Origin: the human T2T-CHM13v2.0 reference genome, Homo sapiens
Strand: one strand, 5' to 3'
DNA: 64,000 nucleotides
Assembly: GCF_009914755.1 (NCBI RefSeq)
Contig: NC_060935.1
The notes under the pieces were generated by a model, which was given only the letters and a program-made list of their open reading frames with translations, did no database searches and was not told the origin of the DNA. A program made the translations under genes and the position numbers. Positions 31,405-48,461 of this stretch are shown here, in pieces (position 1 is the stretch's first letter; each line of letters begins with the position of its first letter).

Positions 31405-34040
31405 TTTTTAAAAAACTTTTATTGAGATATACTTATATAATATAAAATCAATCCATTTAAAATGTACAATTCTATGTTTTAATTATATGCACAGGCTTGT
31501 GCAACCATCACTAGAATTCAATTTTAGAAAATTGTCTTCATCACAAAAAGATGTTCATATTCATTTGCAGTCACTGCCTGTTCCCCTTTTTCCCTAGACC
31601 CAGGGAAAAGATAGTCTAATTTTTGTCCCTGATGATTTTCATATTTTGGACTTTTCATATATAAGTAGAAACATACAATATTGGTATTTTGTGACTAGCT
31701 TCTTTCACTTAGGGTAATATTTTCAAAGTTCATTCATGTTATATATTCATACTTCATTTTGTTTAAATGTCATATAATATTCCATTGGGTGGATGTACAC
31801 ATCTTGTTCATCCGTTTGTTAGAATATGGACATTAGCTTGCCTCTACTTTTTAGATATAAATAGTGCCAAGACAATATATTTGGTTTTTGTTTTATTCAG
31901 TCTGATAACTGCTGCTTCCTGATTGTTTAGCCCATTCATATTTGATGCAATTATTAATATAATTAGATTTGTGTGTCATTTTTCTTTTTGTTTCTGATAT
32001 GTCTCATGACTATTTTGTTCCCCTGATGCTATTTTACTGTCTTTTTTGTATAATGTGATGCTTTCTAATATAAAATTTTTAATTCCTTTTAATTATATGT
32101 TTTGAGCTGTGTTCTTAATGCTTCCTCTAAGGCTTATAATATACTTCTTAAATTATTAGATTCTACTTCAGATTTGTACTAATTTATTTCTAGTGAAGAA
32201 TAGAAATCTTATACCTATATAGCTCCTTTGCCCCAACCCTTCTTTTTTTTCTAATATTTTTTACATATCATGACCACGTATGTTACCTTTTGTCTTCTAA
32301 TGAAGCTGAGAGAATGTAGAGTAAGTGCATAATTTTAGAATGTGCTGTATTGACCTCATTTACAATTTCTGCTTCTCCTTATTTCTTCCTGTGAATTCAA
32401 ATTACAAATTATTGTCATTTTGTTACTCCAATTTAGCTATTTTTCAATGTCTTCTGTGTGCTATTATTGTCAAATACATTAGATTTCTATATATTACAGT
32501 TACATATATATCTATATATTCATATATGCATACATATTCATGTATAATTTGATGCAGTTATTTTTAAAGCAGCCAGCAGGAGAGATATACAACTACAGTT
32601 AACCCTTGAACAATGTGGAAGTTAGGGGCACCAACCCCATGGATGGCCAAAAATCCGCATATAACTTTTGACTCCCCAAGTAGTTACTAGTAATAACCTA
32701 CTATTGACTGAAAGCCTTACCAATAACATAAACAGTCAATTTCCATATATTTTGTATATTACATGTATTAAAGACTGTATTTTTCTAATAAAGTAATTTT
32801 GAAAAATGAGCATATTATTAAGAAAGTCATAGGGAAGAGAAAATATATTTACCCTTATTCACTAAGTGGAAGTGGATCATCACAAAGGTCTTTCTCCTTG
32901 TCCTCTTCACACTGAATACTATGAGGAGGTGGAGGATGAGGAGCAGTTGGTATTTCTGTCTCTGAGAGGCAGATATGGAAGAGGAGGAAGAGGTAGAAAG
33001 GGAGGCAGTAGAGGCAGACACACTGAATAGCTTACACTAGAAAAATATCCACATAGAAGTGGACCTGTGAAGTTCAAACCAATGTTGTTCAAGTGTTAAC
33101 TATATAATCTTTTATATATTACTTATTTTATTACTTTCACTGGTGCTCTTTTTTTCTCCCCAAGTGTATTTGAATTATTGTCTTTCATCACTTGGTTTAG
33201 TCTAAATAAATTATTTTAGTGTTTCTTGTGAAATACTAAAATAGAGCAGGCAGACCTGCTCACAACAAATTCTCAGTGTTTGTTCATCTGGTAATACCTT
33301 TTCTTTGGCCTTGATTTTTGAAAAATTTGCTGGATATAAAATCGTTGGGTGATATCTGTTTTATCCTTCAATACTTTGAATATTTTAACACACTACTTCT
33401 GCTCTCCATTGTTTATCATGAGAAAGCCGCTGTTGTTAGTCTTGGTGTGGTCTCTTGTCCATGCTAAGTTGTTTTCCTCTCGCTGCTTTCTAAATGTTCT
33501 TCTAATGATTGCCTTTCAACACTTTGACTGTGATATGTCTGAGCATCAATTCTTTGCGTTTGTCTTATGTGAAGATTGTTGATCTTGTTGGATATGTGTG
33601 AATTTTTCAACTATTATTTCTTAAAATATTTTCTGTTCCTTTCTTTTGGTATTCCGTAATTCATAAGTTAGTGTGCTTAATGGTGTCCCACATTTGAGGC
33701 ATTGCTTATTTTTCTTAATTCTTTTTTCTCTGTTTCCTCAATTGTATTATCTCTATTCATCTATTATTAATTTTCCTTATTATTTTTTCCTCCAGGACAA
33801 ATATAGCGTTGAGCATCATGAGTGATTTTTTTTCATTTGTTTATTGTACTTTTAACTCCAAAATTTTCATATTGTCCTTTTCAGTAATGACAACTTCTTT
33901 ATTGCTGTTCTCTATTTGCTAAGACATTGTCATCATACCTTCATTTAATTACTTAAATATTATTTTCTTTAGTATTTTGAACATATTTATAATAACTTTT
34001 AAATTATTTATTTGCAATATCCACCATGGGGCTTTCTCAA
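31405..34040 (-). mobile_element. Ancient L1M fragments (3' end ~31405-31870, followed by more 5' L1M sequence), interrupted by Tigger2
   Basis: 'tttattgagatata...ccatttaaaatgtacaattc...ttgtgcaaccatcac' plus T-rich L1 antisense tracts. Confidence 0.65.
32596..33102. mobile_element. Tigger2-derived non-autonomous element (Tigger2a/2b-like)
   Basis: TIRs 'cagttaacccttgaacaa' and 'ttgttcaagtgttaacta', with TA on both flanks. Confidence 0.85.
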
Positions 34041-34411
34041 AGGTAATTTATATGCCCTGCTACAATGCCATCTGTTTCTTAAATATGTATAGAGTCTGAA
34101 GAGCAGGGCAGGGTTAGCACCAGAATTGTTTCTTAAAGGCAAGCCCTGGGCCCTAAATTCACTAAAGCATGCTATTCACAGGCTAAAGTTATCATTGTTG
34201 TTGTTTTAAAGTATATGATATGACAACAAGAAACACTTCTTAATCCTGCTGAATATAGACAGTATAACTCATGGGTTTTTAGAACCTTGTGAACCCACCG
34301 CTTATAAAATTTCCTCTTCTCTGAATGAAAAACAGGGATAAGAAGATCCAGAAGTATTTCTTCCACATTGTTGACTCTTGGAGAATGAAGTAGCAGCTTC
34401 CTCTTGAAACT

Positions 34412-34497
34412 CTATCTATCTATCTATCTATCATCTATCTATCTATCTATCTATCTATCTACCTATCCATCTATCTAGATATACTTAGATAGATAGA
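34412..34497. repeat. (TATC)n tetranucleotide repeat
   Basis: Directly visible. Confidence 0.92.
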
Positions 34498-34509
34498 TCA
34501 GCAGAACCA

Positions 34510-34840
34510 TATTAACAGAGCCAATAGAAAATATATGTTTACAGAAAAGCCAGTGGTGTAATTCCACCCCATAAATATATACACCTACTATGTACCCGCA
34601 AAAATGAAAATAATTAAAACTAAAAGAAAAACAAAACCTCAAAACTCAGTGCTGTATTTCCAGGGTGAATCCAAACATCTGAAAACTAGGAGAGCCAGTG
34701 GTATAAATCCCAGTGAAATGGCAGGAAAAAACATATGTTTTAGCTCAGAAGGCAGGCAGGATGCAAAAAGGGTAAATTCCTCTTTTCCACTCTTTGTTTT
34801 GTTTAGGGCTCAATGGATTGGATGATGTCTACCTACATCC
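34510..34840 (-). mobile_element. MLT2B-like ERVL LTR fragment containing an ~80-bp L1 3' stub (34567-34646)
   Basis: 'gagccagtggtataaatcccagt', 'aaattcctc', 'ctcaatggattggatgatg'. Confidence 0.7.
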
Positions 34841-34859
34841 TCTATTTCTTTCTTTCTTC

Positions 34860-34878
34860 CTATCTATCTATTATCTAG

Positions 34879-34923
<45 letters not shown>
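34860..34923. repeat. (TATC)n tetranucleotide repeat
   Basis: Directly visible. Confidence 0.92.
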
Positions 34924-35599
34924 GATCTAAATGATTTAGACCTAAATGATTTCTATGACAAACATAATTTCAAAGTATATTTTTATTCTCTTCACTAACA
35001 CCATTGGTTGTATTAGTTTAATTTAAGCAAGTAATTTAAGCAAGAAAATTTATAAAACATTTTGAGTACACTGATGTTGATGTTTCTTTTCTTCTTAGAA
35101 TATATGGACTGTGTATTCTTTGCTATGCATAAGTGAACATGTGTGTGTTCTATTGAGTCATGTCAGAGTAAACATTATCTTCAATACAAACTGTACTGTG
35201 TGCTTCCTCAGAGGCAGCGGTTCGTAATACTGGATTTGAATGAAATTTTATACATGGATATTTCGAAACACTGAAGCCAGGCTAAATCACTTGAGATTCT
35301 GCCTCAGAAGGTTCGAGTTGGAGAGTGGATATTTTCATACACAATGACATTGATAGAAGGATTAATGATTTAAATGTGTAGAACACGCAGGTGATCAGAA
35401 CTCTTTGAAATTAGTTTGCGAACTTTTCTGAATTCTCTGACAAAGGAGAAATCAGCTTTTCTTCTTTCTTGCCTGAGATAAGCTTAATGTAACTCTTCTT
35501 TGTAACTCAAATGCTCCCCCCGCCCTTTTTCTTTCTTTCTTTTCTTTTTTTTTTTTTTTGAGATGGAGTCTTTAAGCTATTTGGCTAAATTACTAGGAG

Positions 35600-35850
35600 G
35601 GGCAGTAATGGGTGGATACCCATGATGGATGGGTATATGGAGGGAGAGATGAATGGGTGGAAAGTTAGATAAGTAGATAGATGTATGAGTAAGTAAGTGG
35701 AGGAATTTATGGATAATAGAATATAGGGTAGTGAGTAGACAGATCAATGATGAATGGATGGGTTGACTAGGAGCTAGATTGATGAATGGTGAGACAAATA
35801 AATGAATGGATGGATGAAGGAATAAAAGAAATGCAAGAAAGAGGAAAACG
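35600..35850. repeat. Degenerate (TGGA/TAGA)n purine-rich low-complexity tract
   Basis: Repeated gatgg/gatag/gaatgg motifs. Confidence 0.7.
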
Positions 35851-38800
35851 AAATGTTAACACCTTCTTGCAATGTTTAATCTACCAAATTAACCCCCAAA
35901 AATGATTTCCTATGTTCAGTAAAAAATGTGTAGCTTAGAAGAGATTTAATTTATTAATTATCCAGTTGTGAATGCTTCATAATTAGATCATAGGAATGTC
36001 CACTAAGCCCTGTGGGGGCTAGGTAGAAAAATCAAAGTGACAGCTCCAAGCCAGGTGAAATAAATATTTGATCTCTATTTTGACAGATACAATTATGAGG
36101 CATGCAACCTCTCTAACCGTAAGGATAAGCTAGTGACATGTGAGACAGACCAACAGAAATTTAGCAGTTCTTTTTGTCTTTAGAGAAGCAATACAGCTAA
36201 TGAATTGCATTATAAAGACCATTTTTTGCTGAAACCAAAGTTATAGCTCAAACTTCCCGATAATTACCCCAAAGAAAAAAAGCACCAGTTTTTTTTGCTT
36301 TTGTTTTTATTCTTTTGCATTTATTGCCTCATTTAAGCTTGAGAACAACCCTTTGACATAGTGAAATATTTTAGTACTTTTTTTTGAGAAGGAAATCTCA
36401 GTGAGGAATTAGGTTAATTATCTTTCTAAGGTTTCTAAGATGATGATACATCTGTCACATGAAAAATCCATTAATCAAGACATTGATAAGAAAGTTTTTT
36501 AGTTTTTTTTTGTGTTATAGTGACAGCTTCATAAAATATCTCAGCAGAAACCCCCAATTTGTCTTTCAACATTTTATGTTCATTTTTGTCTTCCTTCAAT
36601 AAGAGAGAGAAGATATAAGTTTCATGTCTCATTTTAGTTTACTCTCATTTGGGAGGCAATGAAGCCCTGAACAACATAATAACTGGGAATAAAATGTACA
36701 TTATCTTATGTAGATTTGCGAGAATATACTTAATTACTGAATGCTGGGTATCAGGTGTATGGGTACCAACTGCCAAATACTATTAAAGCAACGTTGGGCC
36801 ACACAGGCTTTTTAGCCTTTTCAAGTTTCTCTTGCCCTCCTTGTTAAATGATTATAAAAATATTATTTATTACTGCAGATAATACACTCAAATGTCAGCA
36901 CAATTCTTGGCATATGATAAGTATTATTCCTATTTTGTTGCAGTTGAAAAACTGAAGATTTGAGAAAATAAGGGCCTTGTCCATTAGCTTAAAGCCAATA
37001 AATAGAAAAAGAACAATGCTTTTAAGTTATATTTTACGATTATTTTTCTAATACCCCTAATTATAAGAATTTAATTAATTATAAGCATTTACGATTGTGT
37101 AAATGAATTAACAAAGTTTATGTGATTGTTCCACGTTTGTGCTTCGGAGCCAATTATATTTTATCTTCACTCGTGTCTTTAGTCATTATCCTAATTAGCT
37201 CAAGTAAAATATATTTAAACATATATATATAAAGATTTATGCTACTAGAGATCAGTAGGTTTTCAATTAGCCTTTCCTTTCCAGTTGTACAATTTGGGAG
37301 GTAGTTTTTTGTTGCAGAGGAAGAAAATCTACATCCTTCTTGCCATTCTAAATGTAATAAAAGTATGTCAAAGTTGAAAACCCTTACAAAAACTTTACAC
37401 CATCCTTGATCATAGCACATATTCTATTTACAATGGGAAATAATGATTAGTTCATTATATTCTCCAATGCAGCATACATTCTTGGAGGATGAGGTCTCTA
37501 TTTTATGAATCATTATCACTATCACAATTTGCCTATTGACTGGCACATGGTAGATAATTGATACATATTTTTGGAATCGACCTGAATTGATTTGAATACA
37601 AGTCATTATTTTGCTAACAATTCAATAGATGTATTTACTGGCAACTGAGGTTGAGGAGAATCATAGATTTGATAATAAGATGAACAAATATTAAATAATG
37701 TGGAAGCAGCCTTATTATAAAAAAAGAACATCTTTCTTTAATTGTAATATAAATTATTGTTGTTATCATCGCCATCGTTATTTTTCCACCATCTATGTAT
37801 CGTGATCACATTTAAAAGTGTTTCTAAATCATATTATAATATAAAAATGATGCATTCAATTAACATTTTTTAGAGAATATAATGTTGGCACGTGTTTTTG
37901 CAGGCACCTATATAATTTATTAGTAAACAAAAGTTCCCTACTTTGGTAGAATTTATATTGAAGTGAATGGGATAAGCAATATTCAATAAATAGAATAATA
38001 ATATATGTAGTATATTAGAAATTTAAATGTTATAGGACAAAGAAAAGGTAGAAAGGAATGGGGAAGTGAGATTTCCAGGTGGGAAGTGAGGCAGTTTACA
38101 GTGCTAAGAGTCTAGAGTGAACCTCTTTAAATGAGCAACAGGAGCCAATAATTGACAGAGGTGAGGAGTTTGAGAAGTGAGAGATTCGAAAATGTGGTCT
38201 TGAAATCATCAGTACCTGAGTTTTATTTTTACTTCCTTTAGTTACCTTTATATATGTTTCTTTGACTTGGCAGACTTTTGTTTGCACATCTAAAAAGTAA
38301 GGAAAATAATACTTTTTGTTCTACTGTTTGACTTATATAAATTGATCAGAACTTGCTGTGTAACACTAATTGTTATTTAATGCATGTTAAAAATAGAATG
38401 TGCTAAGAAATGTACCTCATGTTATGTACAATTACATGAGAGGTGAGATATTGTCATGGGTTGAAGAGCTCTTTGGCCCATCTCTGTGGCCTCACATTTC
38501 TAGGGTTTCAATATTTCCTAGAGTTTTTCTTTCTCCTGTAAGCAAATTTGCCAAATTCTGTGTCATTCAGCTCCACTTATGAATTCAAGTGAAAATAACA
38601 AAAAAGTCTGTCGAGAAATAGACTACAGAAATGCATTAAAAATCTCTACTAAAATGCATTAAAATAAATTCAAGAAAAAATACACATTTAGAGTAGTAGG
38701 GAATTAACAAGCTGATATGTAGATGTTTCACTATCTGCTGCTTTCAACAAAATTCACTTAGTAGAAAACAATTTTTGAAATGATTTTTGGAATAAGCATC

Positions 38801-39663
38801 TAGTGCAGCTGCTGTACTTTGGCAGTGGCAAAACTAAACAATTGGCTTAATCTAGCCTTCAAATGGCAGAAAGATTGGCACAAATAGCCCTAGGGGACCA
38901 TGATATTCAAGCAGATTCACACAGGAAAAAAAAATACCTGTGGGAAATATTTCCACTGACTTAATCCCGACATCTACAAAATTTTATGCTGGATTGTATC
39001 CACTGTCTCCTCAGCACACTTGTCATTAAAGTTAATAAACCAACAATTTCTGTGCCTGTTGGATGGAAATGCAGCCATTGTCTGCCATGTCAATTAACTG
39101 TCAGAAAAAGGAGATTTAGAGGAGGGACTGAAAAAGCTCCTAAAGGAACACTTCTTGGACTTAAAAGAGAGGACTTGAAACCTCAAAACATTTAAGTAGA
39201 TATAGAGCACTTGTAAATACAGAGACTTTTCAGTAAAAATACAGAAACAAAAAAAGTGCTTTGGAAGAATATAAGAATCCTGTTTTCTTTGTACAGTATG
39301 TGGCACCTACGTCAAACTCATTCACTTGCTAATTTGTTCATCCAATACTGATTTAGAATCCACTATATACCTGGCACTATTCTGGTAATTATTTATTCAA
39401 TGATTAGCAAAACAGTTGCAAATCCCTATTGTCTAGTGAGAGAATGAGATATTAAACAGACAGGTAAATGGATAAATGACAACTATAACAAGTACAGATG
39501 GAAGTTAAACATTATGTATTAATATAACCATACAAATAAATGGTTCAACTATTAAAGCACTACTGTACCAACTGGTAAATAATCATCTTTTTTTTTTTCT
39601 TCCTGGCCCATCTTCTGGAACCCTTCACTTTTCCCTGCCACTCAGTAATAAATGGCAAACACT

Positions 39664-40243
39664 TGTTACAGCACAATGGCTTTGCCATAACACTCTGATA
39701 ACCTTGCAAGACTCCACATAGCACAATAGCAAGGGTAACCTATAGTTTAACACAAATCTTTGTACAGTGTTCTGTGTTCCTCCAAGGAAAAAAAAGGAGG
39801 ACAGGTATTTTGTTATGAGATGCTACAAAACTGTTTTTCTTCTACCTCCCTATCTCGCAGGAGGTTGCCATGAAGCAATATTTTATCTGTCTCTTGTGCC
39901 AGTGGAGCATGACACTTTCCACAGTGCACCTCTTCCCCTTCTTTGGGTACAGCTATAGACTTAAATTGTTTGGCTGTAATTTAGAGTTTGATCCATAATG
40001 GCAGAGAGACCTACCACTTGTGTTGTCTGTCATCTGGCACCCCTGGTCTGATGTCATCCAGAGACTGGGAGTGTGGGTTGCCAACACCATTCTGATGTTC
40101 CTTATACAATCATTGTGAGAAATAAACTGTCCAAATATGTTTGGACTCATTGCCTCCTTTCTAGCTGAATCTATGAGACTGTGTCAAGTCAGCTTAGGAG
40201 CCTCCACCATGCTGCTGCATGGAGACTGCTTAACTGCTTGAAA
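39664..40243 (+). mobile_element. Probable old ERVL-class LTR (MER73/MER74-like group) within L2 debris
   Basis: Less AT-rich block with 'aataaactgtcc...ttggactcattg...gaatctatg' and an end resembling '...ctgcttgaca'; boundaries approximate. Confidence 0.45.
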
Positions 40244-41721
40244 CCTGCCAATACAGGAAACTAACAGGACCCTGCTCCAGCATTCAGGGAAGAGTAACAT
40301 TCTATTGGTGTACATCCACACCATACCAATCATTTTATATTTTGAATATCACAATGCGTGAAAGTACTAGGAAGAAAAATATGATATTCTACAAGATAGT
40401 ATAACATAGACGCTAAAATGATATTCGTAGTGCAAAATGAATTTCTGTGGGAATTAGCATTTCAACTAGGATCTGAGGAATGAGTAGGAACGCACCAGAA
40501 AGAATAGGGTACCAAATAATTTTCCACAACTTTAGGAAGAAGGGTCAGGTACATGTGAAGATGGTGAGGTATGTAAGAATATGTCTCATTCAATGAACTA
40601 TAAAGAAGGCCAAAGAGAAATTATACTGTACACGTGGGTCAAAATATCTCCCTGGCAGCCTAGCAAAACACTAGTACTTACACCCGTAAAGATGGAGTTC
40701 TGAGACTTCCCAAATGGAACGCCCGTATAATTTTGTTGTCTCACTATTTGAAAGACATATTGATAGTTTTAGTGAGGAATAAAAAAAAATTTGAAGACTT
40801 TTTTGTCTATAAGTTTCATAAAGATAGGGATGTTGCTTTATGTTGTGTTGCATTTATAACTGACCTTATACTGAGTGTTAAAAATATCTGGTAAATGAAG
40901 GTGTGAGAGAAGGAAAGAAGTAAACAAGGAACCAAGAGAGGGAGGAAAGGAAAAAGAGAGAGAAGGATGTCTTTTATTTTAGAGGAGTATAAAATTTATA
41001 AAATGGCTGGGATATATTAGGCCTGCAGTAAATGCCTTTCAAAAGATTGAGAGAGGAGAAAGATGTAATAAAAATTACATGGAATGAAAAATATAATAAA
41101 GAAATAAAAATAATTTATAGTCTTAAATAATTAACCCTGATAATATATAAATTCCAAAGTACCAACACACACTTGTGATGTGACTTTACACAATCTTCCT
41201 GGAATAATTCACCTCTCATTGGCTTGTTCAGGGGGATTTGAACAAAAAACGTGGGTGCATTCTAAACTAATTTCATGACCAGGGATATAAGGCAACATTA
41301 TTATCGGCGTACCTTGGGTGGTGTGCACTGTGTAGACAAACAAACTTAATGACCTCTAAAGATAATATTGTGACAAACTATTTAAAATCTCAAACTGAAG
41401 ATAGGGGAGTTTGTGTTCTATTGTAAAGACAATAAGAAATCACTGAAGTTGTTTTGTCAAGAGGAAATGGGTTAAAATAAAGTTTCATGAGAAACAAATA
41501 TGTTGGATCATGCAGAATGACTTTGTGAAGGGGAAAGGAGAGACAGCGAGAGAGAGAAAATGCACAAAACTCAATGAGATAGTTGCAGCAATCTAGTCAA
41601 GGGTGGAAACAAATACCTAACTTTATTAGTCTTAAAAACAGCAAAGAAGAAACAAATGGAATTTATGACTGAATGGACATGAGCATAAAACTACTTTTGA
41701 CATTAGAACAGAGATCATATG

Positions 41722-42046
41722 TGTGGGACATACAAGAATGACCCCTGAGAGCAGTCCACATTCTAATTCCTAGAACATGTGGATATGTGATTGGGTCAGT
41801 GCAAGCAGAGGTGGGATAATATGGCCACAAGCAAGGAATGCAGGCAGCCACTGTAAGCTGGGAAAGGCAAGGAACTGATTTTTCCCTGGAACCTGCAGAA
41901 GGAACCAGGATTGCTGACACCTTGACTTTGGCCCAGTAAGTCATATTTTGGATTTCTTATTTCTAGAATTTTAAGGCAATACGTTTTCGATGTTTTAAGC
42001 CACTAAGCTTGATGATTTGTTACAGCAGCCATAGGAAACTAATATA
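41722..42046 (+). mobile_element. MLT1C/D-like MaLR LTR, internally deleted
   Basis: 'ggccacaagcaaggaatgc', 'gctgacaccttgactttggcccag', end 'tttgttacagcagccataggaaactaata'. Confidence 0.85.
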
Positions 42047-43543
42047 ATCTGCTATTGGCAGTAATATAAAGAGTGAGAGAAGGTCCTGACTTCAATTTTA
42101 TACATGCTGTTTTGGAGGAATCAGAAACATGTGCTGAGTGAAAATGTTTTTCAACAAATGAAACATAATGGAGTTCTGTTCACGGAAAACATGCAGATAG
42201 CACTCATAAATGAGTCATAGGTGTAACAGGAAATAAAGATTTTGGTGATTTCTTATGTTTGGGTAGAAAACAAGAAGGAAGAACAATAAGAGAAGGCTGG
42301 GAAGTAGTGAGAAAAAGATGAACAGGGGTGAAAAATGAAAGAAAGTGGGATTTGGTAGAGAAATCTTAATGGGAAAATTACCAGAAGAGTTGATGATCAG
42401 CTATTTCACATGCTACACAAATTTCCAGGGCAGTGAGGACTGTGGTTTTTCCATATTTGAAGAATCTCTAGTTTAAAGTGCTTTCCAATTCATGGAATAA
42501 AAAAAAATTAGAATACAAACACCAACATTTTTGCTAAAGTAATATTCCACAGAAGTCATAAAAATAATTGTTCCTTGGGGTAGGGTAGCATTACAATGGG
42601 AGACAATGTAAAGATGTTAAAAGTGTGCCATGGACTGAAGTTGTTTTATTTGTAGGTATACTAAGGGCCTGTCTTGTTGTCTTGTTCAACTTGGCTTTTA
42701 AACTGTTGGAGTGAAAGTAGCCCTGTTTGGAGTCAGAAAAATGCGGTACCAAAACCTAGCTGTTATCTTTCGCTTATTCTCTTTGATCCTAATTCTTTTT
42801 TAAATTGCAAATTGGCAAATTATACTTGTATATATGTATGAGATACAAAGTCATGTTAGTATTTATGAATGCAATGTAGAATAATTGAATCAGGTTAGTT
42901 GACATGTCAATTTCTCTAAATATTTATCATTTTTTATAGTGAGAACACTTGAAATTACTCTTAGCAAATTTGATATGTATCATAATATTTACTATATTCA
43001 TCATATTGTGCAACAGACCTCCAAGAAAAAAAATCATATTCCAATTGAGGCTTTGTACCCTTTGACTTCATCTTTCCATCCCCTCGATGCTTCCCAGCCT
43101 CTATTTACCACCGTCCAACTCTCTGCTTTGAGTTTGTTTCAGAGACTACATATAAGTGAGAACGTGTGGTATTTGACTTTCTTACTCAGCTTATTTCACT
43201 TAGCATAATGCTCTTCAATTCCATCCATGTTGTTACAAATGACAAAATTTATTTCTTTTCAAAGGCTGAATAATATTTCCTTGTTTATATATAACACATT
43301 TTCTTTGATGGTGAACACAGGTTGATTTCTTTTTTTTTATTAATATACTTTAAGTTTTAGGGTACATGTGCACAATGTGCAGGTTAGTTACATATGTATA
43401 CATGTGCCATGCTGGTGCGCTGCACCCACTAACTCGTCATCTAGCATTACGTATATCTCCCAATGCTATCCCTCCCCTCCCCAACCCCACAACAGTCCCC
43501 AGAGTGTGATGTTCCCCTTCCTGTGTCCATGTGTTCTCATTGT

Positions 43544-47367
<3,824 letters not shown>

Positions 47368-47430
47368 TATGATGTTAGCTGGTTATTTTGCTCGTTAGTT
47401 GATGCAGTTTCTTCCTAGTCTCGATGGTCT

Positions 47431-48461
47431 TTACATTTTGGCATGATTTTGCAGTGGCTGGTACCGGTTGTTCCTTTCCATGTTTAGTGCTTCCTTCAGG
47501 GGCTGTTTTAGGGCAGGCCTGGTGGTGACAAAATCTCTCAGCATTTGCTTGTCTGTAAAGTATTTTATTTCTCCTTCACTTATGAAGCTTAGTTTGGCTG
47601 GATATGAAATTCTGGGTTGAAAATTCTTTTCTTTAAGAATGTTGAATATTGGCCCCCACTCTCTTCTGGCTTGTAGAGTTTCTGCTGAGAGATCTCCTGT
47701 TAGTCTGATGGGCTTCCCTTTGTGGGTAACCCGACCTTTCTCTCTGGCTGCCCTTAACATTTTTTCCTTCATTTCAACTTTGGGGAATTTGACATTTATG
47801 TGTCTTGGAGTTGCTCTTCGCGAGGAGTAGAAGAGCAACTCCTACTTCTTTGTGGCATTCTCTGTATTTCCCGAATCTGAATGTTGGCCTGCCTTGCTAG
47901 ATTGGGGAAGTTCTCCTGGATAATATCCTGCAGAGTGTTTTCCAACTTGGTTCCATTCTCCCCATCACTTTCAGGTACACCAATCAGACGTAGATTTGGT
48001 TTTTTCACATAGTCCCATATTTCTTGGAGGCTTTGTTCATTTCTTTTTATTCTTTTTTCTCTAAACTTCCCTTCTTGCTTCACTTCATTCATTTCATCTT
48101 CCATCACTGATACCCTTTCTTCCAGTTGATGGCATCGGCTCCTGAGGCTTCTGCATTCTTCACGTAGTTCTTGAGCCTTAGCTTTCAGCTCCATCAGCTC
48201 CTTTAGGCACTTCTCTGTATTGATTATTCTAGTTATACATTCGTGTAAATTTTTTTCAAAGTTTTTAACTTCTTTGCCTTTGGTTTGAATTTCCTCCTGT
48301 AGCTCATATTTTGATCATCTGAAGCCTTCTTCTCTCAACTCGTCAAAGTCATTCTCCGTCCCGCTTTGTTCCATTGCTGGTGAGGAACTGCGTTCCTTTG
48401 GAGGAAGAGAGGTGCTCTGCTTTTTAGAGTTTCCAGTTTTTCTGCTCTGTTTTTTCCCCAT
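47431..48461 (-). pseudogene. L1 ORF1, frameshifted
   Basis: ATGGGGAAAAAACAG start at 48461; fragments 47796-48194 and 47431-47838 lie in different frames; ends QPLQNHAKM*. Confidence 0.9.

Noticed and set aside
35520-35572. Poly(T) followed by 'gagatggagtct', an Alu 3' stub
   Set aside because: Only ~12 informative bases and no TSD; cannot be interpreted further.
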